Assembly: GCF_036971445.1 (NCBI RefSeq)
Contig: NC_091478.1
Span: forward strand, 28,954,001 to 29,018,000
DNA: 64,000 nt
DNA from: Narcine bancroftii
Taxonomy: Eukaryota
Direction of reading: 5' to 3'
Positions within the stretch are counted from its first letter, which is position 1. The number at the start of each line of letters is the position of its first letter. This document shows, one piece after another, positions 49,063 through 62,850 of this stretch. The notes beneath the pieces are model-generated. The model made no database searches and was not told where the DNA came from. It saw only the letters and a list, made by a program, of their open reading frames with translations. Both the position numbers and the translations under genes were made by a program.

Positions 49063-49818
49063 GTTAGATTCTCCATTTTATTGCCATTTCTACTGGCCCA
49101 CTTTTCTTTATTGTCGCAAGATGGGTGGTACTGGGCATCTTCTTGATGCCATCTTCACCGTGACCCAGTAACAGGCAGATTCAGTGCCTTTTCTATTTGA
49201 GCTTGTTCAAATTCAATTTCTGGAGCTGCTGAGTGAGTTTTGAACTACCCTTTAAGTGGTTTCTCAGTGAATTAGTCCCAGTGTGTTAAAGGATCTGGGG
49301 GTCCCAGCCCTGGTCTGCGAGAGGGATTGGGGATCCCCTTGGCCCCAGTGTGCGAGTTGGGGTGGGGGGGGAGGAGGGTGGTCCCCTCAGTACAGTATGC
49401 AAGGATGTGAGGGAATTAGCACCATGACAGAGGGCCAAGTATTGGAATTTCCTAACAATTGGACAGTGGATTACCAAAACTTCATGGTGTGGTTGTCATG
49501 TTGCTGTTTGTTGGTTAGAATGTGGGCAAATTGTCTCCCATGTTTCTGAAAACAGCTAAAAATATTTTGTTGCATGAGAAAGCTTTGCAAAATCTGTGGA
49601 AGATGCTGCATTAATCCAGTAAAGTTACAAGGGAGTGCAATGAATGTGAAATCTCCAAAAAGTAACACAACCCTTTTAGCATTATTCTCCCCAGCTGATG
49701 TTGTTGGGAGACATTGGGACACTATAGTATCCCTGGACTTACCCCAGTGTCTGCTGGTGAAATTTGGGCTTCCAGGTGGTGGCAAATGTATCTTCTGACT
49801 TACCCCTGGTTGTTTCAG

Positions 49819-50036
49819 GGTCCATGGATCACACAGTGAAGATGTGGGATACAGTGAAGGCCTTTGAGGACCTTGAGACGGATGATTTCAGCACTGCTAC
49901 TGGGCACATAAACTTGTCTGACAACTCACAGGAGCTGCTTCTGGGCTCCTACATGAGCAAGTCCACGCCAGTAATCGGCCTCCACTTCACCCGCCGTAAC
50001 CTACTGCTGGCTGCAGGGGCATACAACCCACAGTGA
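49819..50036 (+). CDS. TAF5: TAF5 exon 10, last coding exon (SMDHTVKMWD...RRNLLLAAGAYNPQ*)
   Basis: tttcag acceptor; TGA at 50034-50036; 218 nt. Confidence 0.96.
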
Positions 50037-50301
50037 TGGACCCTCCCTCCTTCCTCCATCAAGGGTGGAGGATTAACATTCCCAATCCTCGCGTCACTCT
50101 GGAGTGAACAAAGGATGCAGATATTTTCACGGTATCCGTGGCATTCTCCAATTTAGCCCACCTCCTACCCCTGTCAGCTAGACTGAGGTGGTGCAGCCTC
50201 TGCAATGTTTGCGACATATTGCCGCACCAGGCCATTTGCTGTAATGTGAATCAACAGGTTTGTTCTTCATGGTGCATTTTTTAAGTTTTAATGACATTTA
50301 C

Positions 50302-50307
50302 AATAAA
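50302..50307 (+). terminator. Putative TAF5 polyadenylation signal
   Basis: First AATAAA after the stop, about 265 nt downstream. Confidence 0.65.
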
Positions 50308-51018
50308 ACACGTCAGTTGAGGTGTCCTGAGCATGTTTCTGCTGACTGGGGAGTAGTTTTTCCATTCTCTGTTATGGACAGACTCCTTTTCTGTGCAAAT
50401 ATTCCTTCATCAGGACACTTCTATGGTATAAAAACAGCCATATCCCATTTCCTGAAACAAGGCAGCACCCAATGGGACCAATCCCAATTGTGGTCTGGGT
50501 GTGTAGCAGAAGCGTTCAACGGGAGGCCGCCCCACCTTCTGTGAGACTAATTCACGCAACCCAAGTGAGTGAGAAAGTGTGACTTAAACCCTCAGTGGCT
50601 GGAGCTGAATACACTGCTGGAGGAACTCAGCCGGTCTGGTTGCAGTGGGAGGAAAAATGGTCAATGTTTCAATGCAAAACCCTTTATGGAGATAAGACCA
50701 TAGGCTATTCAGCCCATCAAATGCCTTGCTATTCTATCCATTTTCCTAATCAGCCCCACTCCCCAGTCTTCTCCCTAGAACATTTGATGCCCTGGTTAAT
50801 CAAGAACCTACCTTAAACACACCCAATGATCTAGCCTCTATAACCTCCTGTGGCAACAAATTCCAGATTTGCCACCATCTGCCTAAAGCAATTTTTCTGC
50901 ATCTGTTTTAAGTGGATGCCCTTCAATCCTGCAGTGTGTCCTCCTGTCCAAGACTCTCCCACTACAGGAACCAACATTTCTTGGTTATATGCAAGAAAGA
51001 CCTGGATAATCCATGTCG

Positions 51019-51200
51019 CTTTCACACTGGGCTAATCGGCACACAGGTGTCAGAAGACCCGGGGGGGGTGGGGAAAGAAAAAAAACCCTAGGTAGGGTGT
51101 ATCAGACACCTGCGTGTTAATTTGTGAGGGTTCTCACTTGCCCTTTAATCAGTATATTGGCTGTTAATTACTAGGTTAAGGTGCCAGTGTGAAAGGGGCT
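51019..51200. mobile_element. Degenerate Harbinger-like MITE related to 10746-11094
   Basis: ctttcacactgg ... ccagtgtgaaaggggc inverted ends. Confidence 0.5.
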
Positions 51201-52852
51201 AATGTCTGCAGAAGTTGTGATTGTAGTAAAAACAAATGCTGGAGGAGCTCAACCAGTCTCACAGCATCCATACAAGGTAAAAGGCAGTCAATGTGGGCCT
51301 GATGCACAGGGCCAAAACATCAACTGCCTTTTACCTCTTATGGACACAGATCTGCTGTTCCTCCAGCATTTGTTTTTAATACAATCACAGCATCTGCAGT
51401 CTAATGTTTCACTGATTATAAAGATAAACCAGCTAGAACTGAAGTGGGGGGGCGGGGGGGAAAGAGAGAGAAAAAGAAGAATCCAATGAGGACATGGGGA
51501 TGGAGAAAATGAGAAGAGCAGAAAGGACAAGAGGAGGGACTGGCTACCTGAAATTATAACATTTTGTTCCCACTGGGTGTAGAATGCCCAGCTGGAACAC
51601 ATGTTCCACAAGTTTACATTGGACCTCTGGCAGTGGAGAAGGCCCAGCACAGGATGGCACTGAGTATGTTGTCTTCCTTAACCATGGAAGAGAGTTCAAG
51701 AGCAGTGAGGTAATGTTGCAATTATATAAGACCTACTTGGAATATTGTTTTCAGTTTTGGACACTTCACTACAGGAAGGATTGTAGAAAATTTACAAGAA
51801 TGCTCCTTGGATTTGAGAGCATGCCTTTGGAGGCCAGGTTGAGTGAACTTGGTCTTTTCAGGACAGAGGATGAGGGGTTACCTGATAAAGGTGTATATAA
51901 TGGTGAAGCATTGGTCTTGTGGTTGGCCAGAGGCTTCTTCCATTGAAGCTGAAATAGCTAACACGAGAGATCTAGAGAGCAAATATGGCAGGGGTGGGTA
52001 AAAATGTTAAGCAGCAAGTTCTTCACTCATTGGTGGGTGCATGGAATCAAGGTGGAATGCAAGTCTGGGGGCAGTTTGAAACCCACTACTCTAAATCCAT
52101 CCAACTGTTCTTAAATATTTCATAGTACCTGGCTCAATCTCCTCTGCCAGCCCATTCCACACACCCTCCACAATCTGTTCCTGTTAAATCTCTCCCCTCC
52201 TTCACCTTAAACTGAGGTCTTTTGGTTACCAATTCTTGCTACTCTGGGCAAGACTATTCACCTGATCTATTCCTCTCATGATTTTGTTCACTTCTATGAG
52301 ATCACCCCCTCATCCTCCTGCACTCCAAGGAATAAAGCCCCAGCCTGCTCAACCTCTCCCAGTAGCTCAGGCCCCACGTACCTTGACAAAGGACTCTGGC
52401 CAAAACATTGGTTATACATCTTCTGAAATCTCTATATCCACTCGAGCTTGACGTTGTTCCTGTAGCATGATGACCAAAACTGAATACATTACTCCAAATA
52501 GGACCTCACCAGGGTCGTATACATGTCCCCTCTCATCTTCTCTATTCTGATTGATGAAGGCCAATGTGCCAAAAGCCCTTTTGATCACCCTCTTTACATT
52601 CAAGGTACTATGTACTTGTACTTCTCAATCCCTCTGCTCCACAATACTTTCCAGATCCCTATCATTCAATGTGTAGGTCCTACCCATATTAGGCTTCCCA
52701 AAATGCAACACTCTACATTTCTCTATTTAATTCCATTGACCATTTCTCTGCCCAACCAATCAAGATCCTGCTGCATTTTTGGCAACAATCTACAATACCA
52801 TACACTTTGGTGTCTTCCACAAACTTATTACATATGTATCATGGATCTAGAT

Positions 52853-53215
52853 CAGTGGTTCTCAACCTTTTTCTTTTCACTCACATACCACTTTAAGTAA
52901 TCCCTATGCCATCAGTGCTCTGTGATTAGTAAAGGATTGCTTAAGGTGGTGTATGAGTGGGAAGGTTGAGAATCACTGCTCTGGACTCGATAGTTACTGA
53001 AATATGTTATTGAGAAAAATTGTCATTGGCTCATTTCCTTCGGAATTCTGAAACTGTGCACATAACGAGTCAATTAGGTTCGATTAAAACAGTGTTTTCA
53101 ACCTTTCTTTCCACCCACGTACCACCTTGTAATCCCTTACTAATCACAGAGCACCGATGGCATAGGAAATACTTAGTGGTTATGTGAGTGGAAAGAAAAA
53201 GGTTAAGAACCACTG
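52853..53215. mobile_element. hAT (Charlie-like) composite MITE, second copy
   Basis: TIR cagtggttctcaacc / ggttaagaaccactg; 8-bp TSD atctagat / atctaaat. Confidence 0.85.
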
Positions 53216-53849
53216 ATCTAAATGATAAACAGCAATGGGCCCAGCACAGAACTCTGGCACTCCAATAGACAGAGGCCTCCTGTCCAAAAAACAACCTTCC
53301 ACCATCACCCTCTGCTTTCTACCATGAAGCCAATTTTCTACCACTATCAGCCCTTATCCATCGAAGTGCATATATACTTTTCCCTTCAAAATGCTCTAGT
53401 AACTTACCAACCACAAATTTTAGTCTCATTGCAGGCTTTTCCCTTCTTGAATAGAGGCACATTTCCCACCCTCCACTATTCTGGCACCTCACTTGTACTT
53501 GAAATTAATCTCAACCAGGGCACCTACATTTTCCCCATAGTACTTGGATATACCTGGTCAGCCCTGGAGATTTGTCTACCTTGTACATAACAGGACCTTT
53601 CACATTTCCTGAACTGTCACCATGACAGTTTTCAAGACATTACCATTGACCAAGTTCTTGTGTTTTTCTCCACAGTGAGCACAGAGGAGAAGTACTCATT
53701 AACGACCTTGCCCATCTCCTGTCGCTCCAGAGTTAACACATTGATTCCTTAAGGGTCCCTTTTTTCTCTCATTACCCTTTTTCCCCTCAAGTACACAAAT
53801 TCTTTTGGAATTCCACTCACAAACACCAATGAAGAAGATTTCCAGGAGT

Positions 53850-53985
53850 TTTACTGACTAAGGCAGATAATTTATATTACACCACAAAAGTGACACGATT
53901 GCAGAGGTTCAAAATATTTCCATGTTTGACAAAATCGCCACAAGCTGGTTCTTAATTTCATACTTGCATCATCACTGTGGAGAAC
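53850..53985 (-). other. ATP5MK: Putative non-coding last exon (3'UTR) of ATP5MK
   Basis: atatttcag acceptor ending at 53986 in non-repetitive sequence; the upstream exon has a gtgagg donor 6 nt after the stop; 3' end uncertain. Confidence 0.45.
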
Positions 53986-54800
53986 CTGAAATATAGAATT
54001 TTTAAAAAGTTAAAACATTTACTCCCAGAATAAAAAATATCATATGCTGAAGGACATGCTCTTAAGGAGGGGGGGTTGTTTAAAGAAGATGTGATTTTTT
54101 AAAAATAGAGAGGTGGGTGCTTGGAACAGGCTGCCAGTCGTGGTAGAAGCAGATACAATAGTGTTTAGGAGGCTTATAGATAGACACGTGAATGTGCAGG
54201 GAATGGAAGGATACGGATCACAGGCAAGCAACAGACTTTTTGCCAAATTGGATACCATGCTCAGCACATGTGGGCAGAAGGGCCTATTCTGTACTGTTCT
54301 GTGATTTATGTTCTCAGAACTTCATAATACAAGGACAGCACTCAGTCAGATTTTAAAAGCCCAAACTTTCCCCAAGTAACAGCAATGTCCTATCAACAAG
54401 AACTGCATACACACACTTTCTAGTATCCAGAGCAGGGCTGCATGCACAGTAAAGCTCCAGTCACACACTTAGCATAGGCTAGAACAGCCATTCTCAACCC
54501 TTTTTTAGGACTCTGCTCAAAGTTTATGGGCCTCATTCACTGTGAAACAGTCAAGTTTAGTTGGATTCTTCCATACTTCTCTCCTACCAACTATAGGAAA
54601 AAAAGCATTTTATGATTTCAGTCTGTGGCTCCCCCCTCCCTGTAATGGACCCCATAGAGAATGGCTGGATTAGATTATACACAGCTTGCTCACATACTTT
54701 TAGGGCAGAGATAGCATGAACATATTTCAAGTTAGGTACACAGAAAACTACATTGCCCACAAGGTTAGAATTAACTGTAGATAAGATTCCTCACCATACA

Positions 54801-54899
54801 TCATTTCTGCTCTGTGATTGCCAGTGGTGCCTTCTTCTTTGATCTCAGTTTGAAGAATAATATAAGTGATGCGATCCCTGCATATGTAGCCAGCACATA
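54801..54899 (-). CDS. ATP5MK: ATP synthase membrane subunit k (DAPIT/USMG5), coding exon 2: YVLATYAGIASLILFFKLRSKKKAPLAITEQK*
   Basis: ttcacag acceptor; VLATY..I...FKLRSKK signature; TGA at 54803-54801. Confidence 0.93.
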   Translation of the reverse strand, partial: YVLATYAGIASLILFFKLRSKKKAPLAITEQK

Positions 54900-57484
54900 C
54901 TGTGAAGGGAAAATTAGACAGGGACGGGTTAGCGAGCGTCTATTAAATGAGAACAGCAATCTGTTCCTTAGTGACATGTCTCAGAACTCAGCTGAAGAAG
55001 GGTGGAGAGGGCCCTGGCCTTCTCCACCATTCACTAAGAATGCGAATCCTGAGCTTTGTCTATTTTCCTGCTCATTCGCCTTATCCAGATTCCCCGTCTA
55101 AAGTCCAATAAACCTTGCTTTGAATATACTCAGTGCTGAAGTGCCAATGACAATCTGTCCCAAGTAAAGTCCTCAGAACTAAAAGATTCCACTTTTCCAG
55201 GACTATGCTTACTAACTATAGCCATTTCCTCCAGCATTGTCTGATTTTATGTTCTAATTAATCTTCAAAACTGTCACAGAACCTGTGGCCCTCTAGGTGA
55301 CTAAACCTTAGGCATGTAGCTAAAACAGTGTCTGTTACCCCAGCTGCAATCTCATTTATTTTACCCTATGAAGACCAATATTTATTGAAAATTGCAACAT
55401 TTCAATAAATGTCTGCTTTTCCTTTGAAGATTATGCACTCTTCCCACACGAGGCTCTGCAGACTTAAATGTCTATGCCACCTATGGCAGGCGCTCTGCAC
55501 TGTGAATATCATTTTCAATTGACCAGGTTTCAAAAGGACTCCATTGTAATGTTTTGAAACTATGAACGGATTATGGAAGTGGTGATTTTACTTTCTTCAA
55601 GTGAGATCAAATTAGAGTCAAAGCCTGCTGTTACTGGGGTTGACTGCAATACACAAAAGTGCTGGAGAAAGTCAGCAGGTCACCCAGCATTCAAGGGAAG
55701 TAAAAGGCACCTGATGCTTTCGTCGGGAATGTTGGGGGTGGGGGACTGGTAGATACCTGAATATAAACACTGGCCACCTCTTACTTTCTATGGATGCTCA
55801 GTAAGCTACTGAGTTTCTCCAACACTCTTGTGCACTGCATAGGTAAAAATAAATCTGCAGGTGTTGGAAAACTGGAGCAACAGAATCAGAGGCTGATTGT
55901 GGTTCCAACAATCAGTTCCAGTTGTGGAAGACATGGTTTACACAGATCCTCTAGTCTACCGATGTGCTGGGTCAAAGCATTATCAGCAGTTTGAAATTAA
56001 ATATTGTCTTCCACTATTGCGCTCTCCCTTTTATTCCAATGGCTCGGTCCTCAGAATGTCCCAATATTTCCCAGTTTTCTTGTGGGAAACCAACAATCCA
56101 GGGATTGTTGTGCAGACTGATGTACTCACTGAGCAACAGCATCAAGCCAACTATTCAACAAGACACCAATTGCCAGGAGTGTGACCATCAACCTCACCTT
56201 GTGCAGCTCCATGCTTGTCATTCAAATATCATTCATTTTCTTCCAAATTTCAGATGTGATGATGCAAATAAACCATTAAGGTGAGAGGAGTAGGATTTAA
56301 AGGGGCTTGAGAGGTATCGTTTTCCACACAGCTGGTGTTGGGTATATGGAACAAGCTGTCAGAGGAAATGGTAGGGACAGGGACAATTATGGCATTTCAG
56401 ACAGGAAAGGTTTAGAGGTATATGGGCCAAATGCACCTTTGAACAGGTTGGGCCATGGGGCCTGTTTCCATGCTGTTCAACTCAGGAACAGATAGTATTC
56501 ATTCACAACTCAATCACAGAATCTTTAGTTCAGGCTGGCTCATTAACATCTCCTCACTAGTCACAAAAGCGGTGCACTTCTGAGATGACTGAAGCAGGCA
56601 AGGCTACCGGCCACCATTATGTCAGCCTTCCTTAGGAGCTCTATGGTGATGTGGTGGCTGCAGAGAAATGGACCAGAGATCATTCCACAGGATGATAAGA
56701 CTGGCAGAGATGATCACCCAAGTCTCCCTCCCGCCATTGACAGGATCATTGTCTGAAGAGGGCACGCAAAATCGCTGAGGACCTCTTCCACCCCACGTAC
56801 ATAATCTTTCAGCTGCTCCCGTCGAGGAAGAGATAGGGGAGCCAGCACCACGAGACAGAGGAATAGCTTCTTCCCTTGGGCAGTGAGAATACTGAACGAC
56901 CAAAGGAACTGTTCACACTAATCATCCAAGACTCACAATATTTATAAATAGTTTCATGAATATGAATGTATTGTTTATCTGTATGTGTGTTATGCACCAA
57001 GGACTGGAGAACACAGTTTCATCAGGTTGTACTTGTACAATTAGCTGACAATAAACTGGACTTATAAATCAATCTAGTCAACCAGAATCCCAGCTGCATT
57101 CTTTATTCCACACTGTTCCCTCATATCTATCCAATTTTCTTTAGAAGATTTAATATCAATCAGTAAAGAACGTACTGATCAAGACTACTCATATTTTGCC
57201 CTTACTATACTTTGAACCATCAGCTATAGTAAATGGTCTCTTTCCACCTTCCCGTTCAGAATCGACAGGGTTTGGTGCACCTCCCTGTCAGCTTTCACGC
57301 ATTCATGCAGATTTTCACATCCAGTGAACAACAGGTATCCGTGCAGTTCCACAAGCCCCAAGAACATGGCCAATCCACATTACCTAAGTCTGCAGATCCC
57401 TCATCTCTAGTGAACAAGATTCTTCAATATTAACAATTCATTCAGCACCTCCTGCTTGCCATGGATCCCTCTCCCTGTACTTAC

Positions 57485-57571
57485 ATTCCTCCTGCCCGTC
57501 AAGGTGTAGGCATTGAAATACTTGTGGAATCCAGAGAACTGGTGCTGGCTGGGAGCATCATGACCTGCCAT
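57485..57571 (-). CDS. ATP5MK: ATP5MK coding exon 1: MAGHDAPSQHQFSGFHKYFNAYTLTGRRN
   Basis: ttgcag acceptor (exon starts at 57582); agaATGG start; gtaagt donor; QF.G..KYFN.YTLTGR.N signature. Confidence 0.94.
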
Positions 57572-59526
57572 TCTCACACGGGCTGCAAGGATACAAAAGT
57601 GTGAGTTACAAGTAGCTCAACAAACACCTCATCATTACCCAGCGCAGTTCTGGTTGGCCAGGTATAGCAAGAACATCAATAAATTGGAAAGGGGTGTAGA
57701 GGAGATTCACCAGGATGTTTCCAGGACTGGAGGGATTGAGTTATAGAGAGAGACAAGTTAGGCTGGGACTTTATCCCCAGGTGTGTGAGGAGGCTGAGGG
57801 GAGAGAGGTTTACCAGTATATAAAAATAATGATGCTCCCAGAGCTGCTCTAACAACAGCGCTGCTGCAGACCCGGTGAAAGCAGGGAGCACACATACTGC
57901 ACTCCTCTGCGGGGTTCTGCTATCCAGTTTTACTACCAACAGCTCCATTCAGGCTTTAAACGGCCTGTTAAAGGAGCCGTAAAAACACTCCCAAAAGCTG
58001 GAGGAACTTAGCAGGCCTTTTCAGCATCTATAGGAGACAAAGATATATTGCTGACGTTTTGGGCCTGAGCCCTTCAAGGAATAAACCAGAAGCAGGAAGT
58101 TTCAGAATTCAAACAATGGGGGAGGAATCCAGACCAACAAATGGTGTCAATAGAATACTTGATGAGGTAAGATTTTTTTCATGTCTATGCAAGAGGAAAC
58201 AAGGAATGGAGATAATAGGAAAATGATGTGGGGTGGGGGGGGGGGGTGTTTAAATGAAAGCCAGAGGTCAACATTCGTGCCATCCGGTTGGCAGATGCCC
58301 TGTCAGAGGTGTGGTCCTGTAATTTATGAGTGGTCTCAGTCTGGGAGTGCATGAGACCAAGGACAGACACGTCAGCAAGGGAATGGGATGGGGAATTAAA
58401 ATGGGTGGCCACTACTTTTTACTATAATCACAATGTCTGCAGACTTTCATATTTCACTCTGTTAAAAGAACCGACTGTTTTATTCAAAAATGCTGTGACT
58501 GTAGGGTCTGGGCTCAAGATGGTGGCACCTGTGCTGGAAGCAGCCTCCAGACAAGCAGAGAACTGGAGCAAGGCACCAGAAAATGCAGAGACAACCACAC
58601 ACCCCGTCCCCACCACCTGCATTTGAGAAGGAGAAGCAGAGATGACCCTACAAGATGGTGATCACAGCGGCAGTCCAGCGAGTGGCTCTGCAGCTGAAAA
58701 AGCACACAGGCAGCAGATTGTTATCGACTCAAGGCGAGGAACCAAGGCAGGCTTCGGCTGCTGGTGACTTGCAGTTAAAGGACTCACATCAGGCTGCTGG
58801 AGACTGGTTGAAGGGGTACCAGGTATCGAACTGGGATGTGAGAGGGTGCCGAGGGGCTCCCAAGAAGCTTTGGGCACTAAAAGTTTCCTGATCATGTCAG
58901 AGGTTCAGATCTGGAGCTCAGGTTGCTGATTGTTTGGGCTAAAGTCCGTATGGATGTAGAGGCTGCGGGAATGCTGTGTACTATTAAGAGTCCGTGCCCC
59001 TCAATTTACACCCAATTAATCTACACCTCCAGCACGTTTTGAAAGACGGGAGGAAACCAGAGACCCCGGGGAAAACCCACACAGACACAGGGAGAACATA
59101 CCAACTCCTTACACAAGGGCTGATTCAAACTCCAGTCCTGATTGCTACCGCTGTAAAGGCATTGCACTAACTGCTATGCTGCTAACCATGCCTTTTATTA
59201 CATGACAATAAAAGAATCTTAAATCTTATAAAATCATGAAAGATGTGGGTGAAATATATGCTAACAATCAGTCTGCCAGGTAGGTGATTCTAGAACAAGA
59301 GGCAGAGATTTAAGGTGAGAGAAGATAGCTGTAAGAGGGACTCAGAGGGGAACGAGGTGACAGAGGAAACTATACAAGGCAGACATATCTTTGATATTCA
59401 AAAGACATTTTGGGCAAATGTATGGATAGGATGGGCTGAGGAGAACATGCACCAAATGCAGGGAGATGGAATTAGCTCCAAATGCAAACTTGGTCAGCAT
59501 TGACAAGTTGGGGCATAAGCCTGTTA

Positions 59527-60570
59527 GACCAGAAGACATTGGAGCAAAAATAGGCTATTCAGCCCATTGAGTCCACCCTGCCATTCAATTATGAGCTGAT
59601 CCATTCTCCCACATAGCCCCACTGCCCAGCCTTCTCCCCATTACCTTTGATGTCCTGGCTAATCAAGAACCTATCAATCTCAGTCTTAAATACATCCAAT
59701 GACTTGACCTCCACAACTGCCTGTGGTGACAAATTCCACAGATTCACAACCCTCTGGCTGAAGAAATTCTTCCACATCTCTGTTCTAATTGGTGCCCTTC
59801 AATCCTGAAGTTGTGCCCTCTTGTCCTAGATTCTCCCACCATGGGAAACAACCTTTCGACATCATCTCTGCCATTCCTTTCAACATTCAAAATGTTTCAA
59901 TTCTTCTAAATTCTTCCACATCTCTGTTCTAATTGGTGCCCTTCAATCATGAAGTTGTGCCCTCTTGTCCTAGATTCTCCCACCATGGGAAACAACCTTT
60001 CAACATCATCTCTGCCATTCCTTTCAACATTCAAAATGTTTCAATTCTTCTAAATTCCAATGAGTACATGACAAGAGCTGTCAAACATTCCCCTTTCATT
60101 CCCAGAATCATCCTTGTGAACATCCTCTGAAACCTCTCCAATGTCAGCACATCCTTTCTTAAATGAGGCCAAAATTGCTCACAGAACTTCAAGTGAGGTC
60201 TCACCTGTCCTTATAAAGCCTCGACATCACATCCCTGCTCTTATATTCTATTCCTTTTGAAATGAATACCAGCATTTTATTTGCCTTCTTCCCCACCGTC
60301 TCAACCTGCAAGTTTACCTTCAGGCTGTCCTGAAGGAGGACTCCCAGGTCCCTTTGCACCTGGTTATTTTCAATTTTCTCTGCACTTAGAAAATAGTCTT
60401 TCTGCTTATGCCTTCTACAAAAATACACAATCATACACTTTCTGACATTATATTTCATTTGCCACTTCTCTGCCAATTCTCCTGTACAAATCCTTCTGCA
60501 GTCTCCATTACCTCAATACTACCTGCTCTTTTGCCAATCTTCGTCTCTGCAAATTTAGCCACAAAATTAG
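59527..60570 (-). mobile_element. CR1-type LINE 3' fragment with an internal tandem duplication of about 145 bp
   Basis: ORFs AEKWQMKYNV.KC and FFSQRVVNLWN; 59765-59910 is repeated at 59910-60055. Confidence 0.85.
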
Positions 60571-61004
60571 TCCTTCTCAACAAGGGCAATACAGCCTCCT
60601 CCACCAGGGGCCTCAGACTGAAATCTTTTATAAGGGCCCCGCATCCCCAAGGTGCATAGATGGTAGGAGAGAACTACATCAACAAAACTTGATTGCTTCA
60701 CAGGGAAGGGGCCTCACAACCTTTAAGCAAAGTTCTAAGGGGGCCCGCGCCAAAAAAAGTTATAAATGGCTGCTCCATCTCATTAATGTACAACATAAAA
60801 GAAGCTGCCCCAACCCCTGCGGAAGACCACTAACTGTAAAGGCAGCTAACCAGAATATGATTCAGCTTTTAATTCAAGCATCTTCCTACTTTTTACACCT
60901 TGACGAAGGGCTCAGGCCGAAACATCAGCGATACATTCATACCTCGTATAGACGCTGCAAAACCTCTCCAGCGTTTGTGTGTTTAGTACAATTAACACAG
61001 CATC

Positions 61005-62166
61005 AGCATCAGCATCATGATGCTGAACCAAGCCATGAAAGACCCCAACAATGAAGACGCTGTTTACATCCGGTACCGCACGGATGGCAGTCTCTTCAAT
61101 CTGAGGCGCCTGCAAGCTCACACCAAGACACAAGAGAAACTTGTCCGTGAACTACTCTTTGCAGATGATGCCGCTTTAGTTGCCCATTCAGAGCCAGCTC
61201 TTCAGCGCTTGACGTCCTGCTTTGCGGAAACTGCCAAAATGTTTGGCCTGGAAGTCAGCCTGAAGAAAACTGAGGTCCTCCATCAGCCAGCTCCCCACCA
61301 TGACTACCAGCCCCCCCACATCTCCATCGGGCACACAAAACTCAAAACGGTCAACCAGTTTACCTATCTCGGCTGCACCATTTCATCAGATGCAAGGATC
61401 GACAATGAGATAGACAACAGACTCGCCAAGGCAAATAGCGCCTTTGGAAGACTACACAAAAGAGTCTGGAAAAACAACCAACTGAAAAACCTCACAAAGA
61501 TAAGCGTATACAGAGCCGTTGTCATACCCACACTCCTGTTCGGCTCCGAATCATGGGTCCTCTACCGGCACCACCTACGGCTCCTAGAACGCTTCCACCA
61601 GCGTTGTCTCCGCTCCATCCTCAACATCCATTGGAGCGCTCACACCCCTAACGTCGAGGTACTCGAGATGGCAGAGGTCGACAGCATCGAGTCCACGCTG
61701 CTGAAGATCCAGCTGCGCTGGATGGGTCACGTCTCCAGAATGGAGGACCATCGCCTTCCCAAGATCGTGTTATATGGCGAGCTCTCCACTGGCCACCGTG
61801 ACAGAGGTGCACCAAAGAAAAGGTACAAGGACTGCCTAAAGAAATCTCTTGGTGCCTGCCACATTGACCACCGCCAGTGGGCTGATAACGCCTCAAACCG
61901 TGCATCTTGGCGCCTAACAGTTTGGCGGGCAGCAGCCTCCTTTGAAGAAGACCGCAGAGCCCACCTCACTGACAAAAGGCAAAGGAGGAAAAACCCAACA
62001 CCCAACCCCAACCAACCAATTTTCCCTTGCAACTGCTGCAATCGTGTCTGCCTGTCCCGCATCGGACTTGTCAGCCACAAACGAGCCTGCAGCTGACGTG
62101 GACTTTTTACCCCCTCCATAAATCTTCGTCCGCGAAGCCAAGCCAAAGAAAAGAGAAGAAGAAAGA
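61005..62166 (+). mobile_element. RTE-clade LINE, 5'-truncated young copy with 17-bp TSD, in ATP5MK intron 1
   Basis: Open 359-aa ORF; TSD ACAATTAACACAGCATC at 60988-61004 and 62167-62183; AAG-rich tail. Confidence 0.95.
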
Positions 62167-62545
62167 ACAATTAACACAGCATCTGCAGAGTTAGCGCTGC
62201 TCTCCAACCAGAGTATGACCCCTGCATTCTCTGCTCTACCCAGCCAGCGTTTCCTTCGGCACCCAGAGCAGCCCTGGACCCCACAGTTCGGGCAGGGTGG
62301 CACCAGGTGAGGAACACTGGGGCTAACAGGGCAGTGATGGGGGGGCTGGGGGAGCGGGTTATGAATCGCGGGGGCGCTTTACCGGTAGGCCGGCCCCGTC
62401 CACCACGTCCCCGCCTGGCAGAAGGCGTCCACCTCGGCGGAGGTGGGATGGGGGGAAGGCCTCCTGAGGGAGCGGCTCCCGATGGTGGAACCCGAACCCC
62501 GTCACCACGACTGTGCAGCCGGAATGAAACCCCAGGCTCTCTCAC

Positions 62546-62600
62546 CTTCACTCCGCCGCTGCTAATGTCCTTCACAGGCCCGAGCTCCGCGCCGGATGTC
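62546..62600 (-). other. ATP5MK: Putative non-coding exon 1 of ATP5MK
   Basis: GAAG|gtgaga donor on the minus strand in a CpG island, next to ETS-like CCGGATGT and a GC box; 5' end approximate. Confidence 0.6.
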
Positions 62601-62850
62601 CCGCCCCCCCCAACGACTATTGGAACAGACTCACATGACCACCCTGCCCTTTTCTGGATAGCCTCAGCAACAATTGGCTGACTAATGTCAGAGGATTACA
62701 CTACCTGTTCAATGATTGGTAGAACAGTGAGACTGATTGGTGGTTCCTGCTTCCCATTAGATAAGAGCGACGTCACTCACAAGAACTGTCTCGCTGATTG
62801 GCTGTATGGGCTGAACGCCTCGTCGCCCTCGGAAGCATTGGCGAGGTGAG
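62590..62850. promoter_or_regulatory. CpG-island, probably bidirectional promoter (ATP5MK on minus; divergent gene, PDCD11 expected by synteny, on plus)
   Basis: Five ATTGG boxes (62619, 62673, 62715, 62736, 62797); GACGTCA CRE-like site at about 62769; plus-strand GAG|gtgaga donor at 62845/62846. Confidence 0.6.

Noticed and set aside
53950-53975. TGATGA box-C-like motif on the minus strand (possible snoRNA)
   Set aside because: No convincing terminal stem or box D pairing, and it falls in a putative 3'UTR exon
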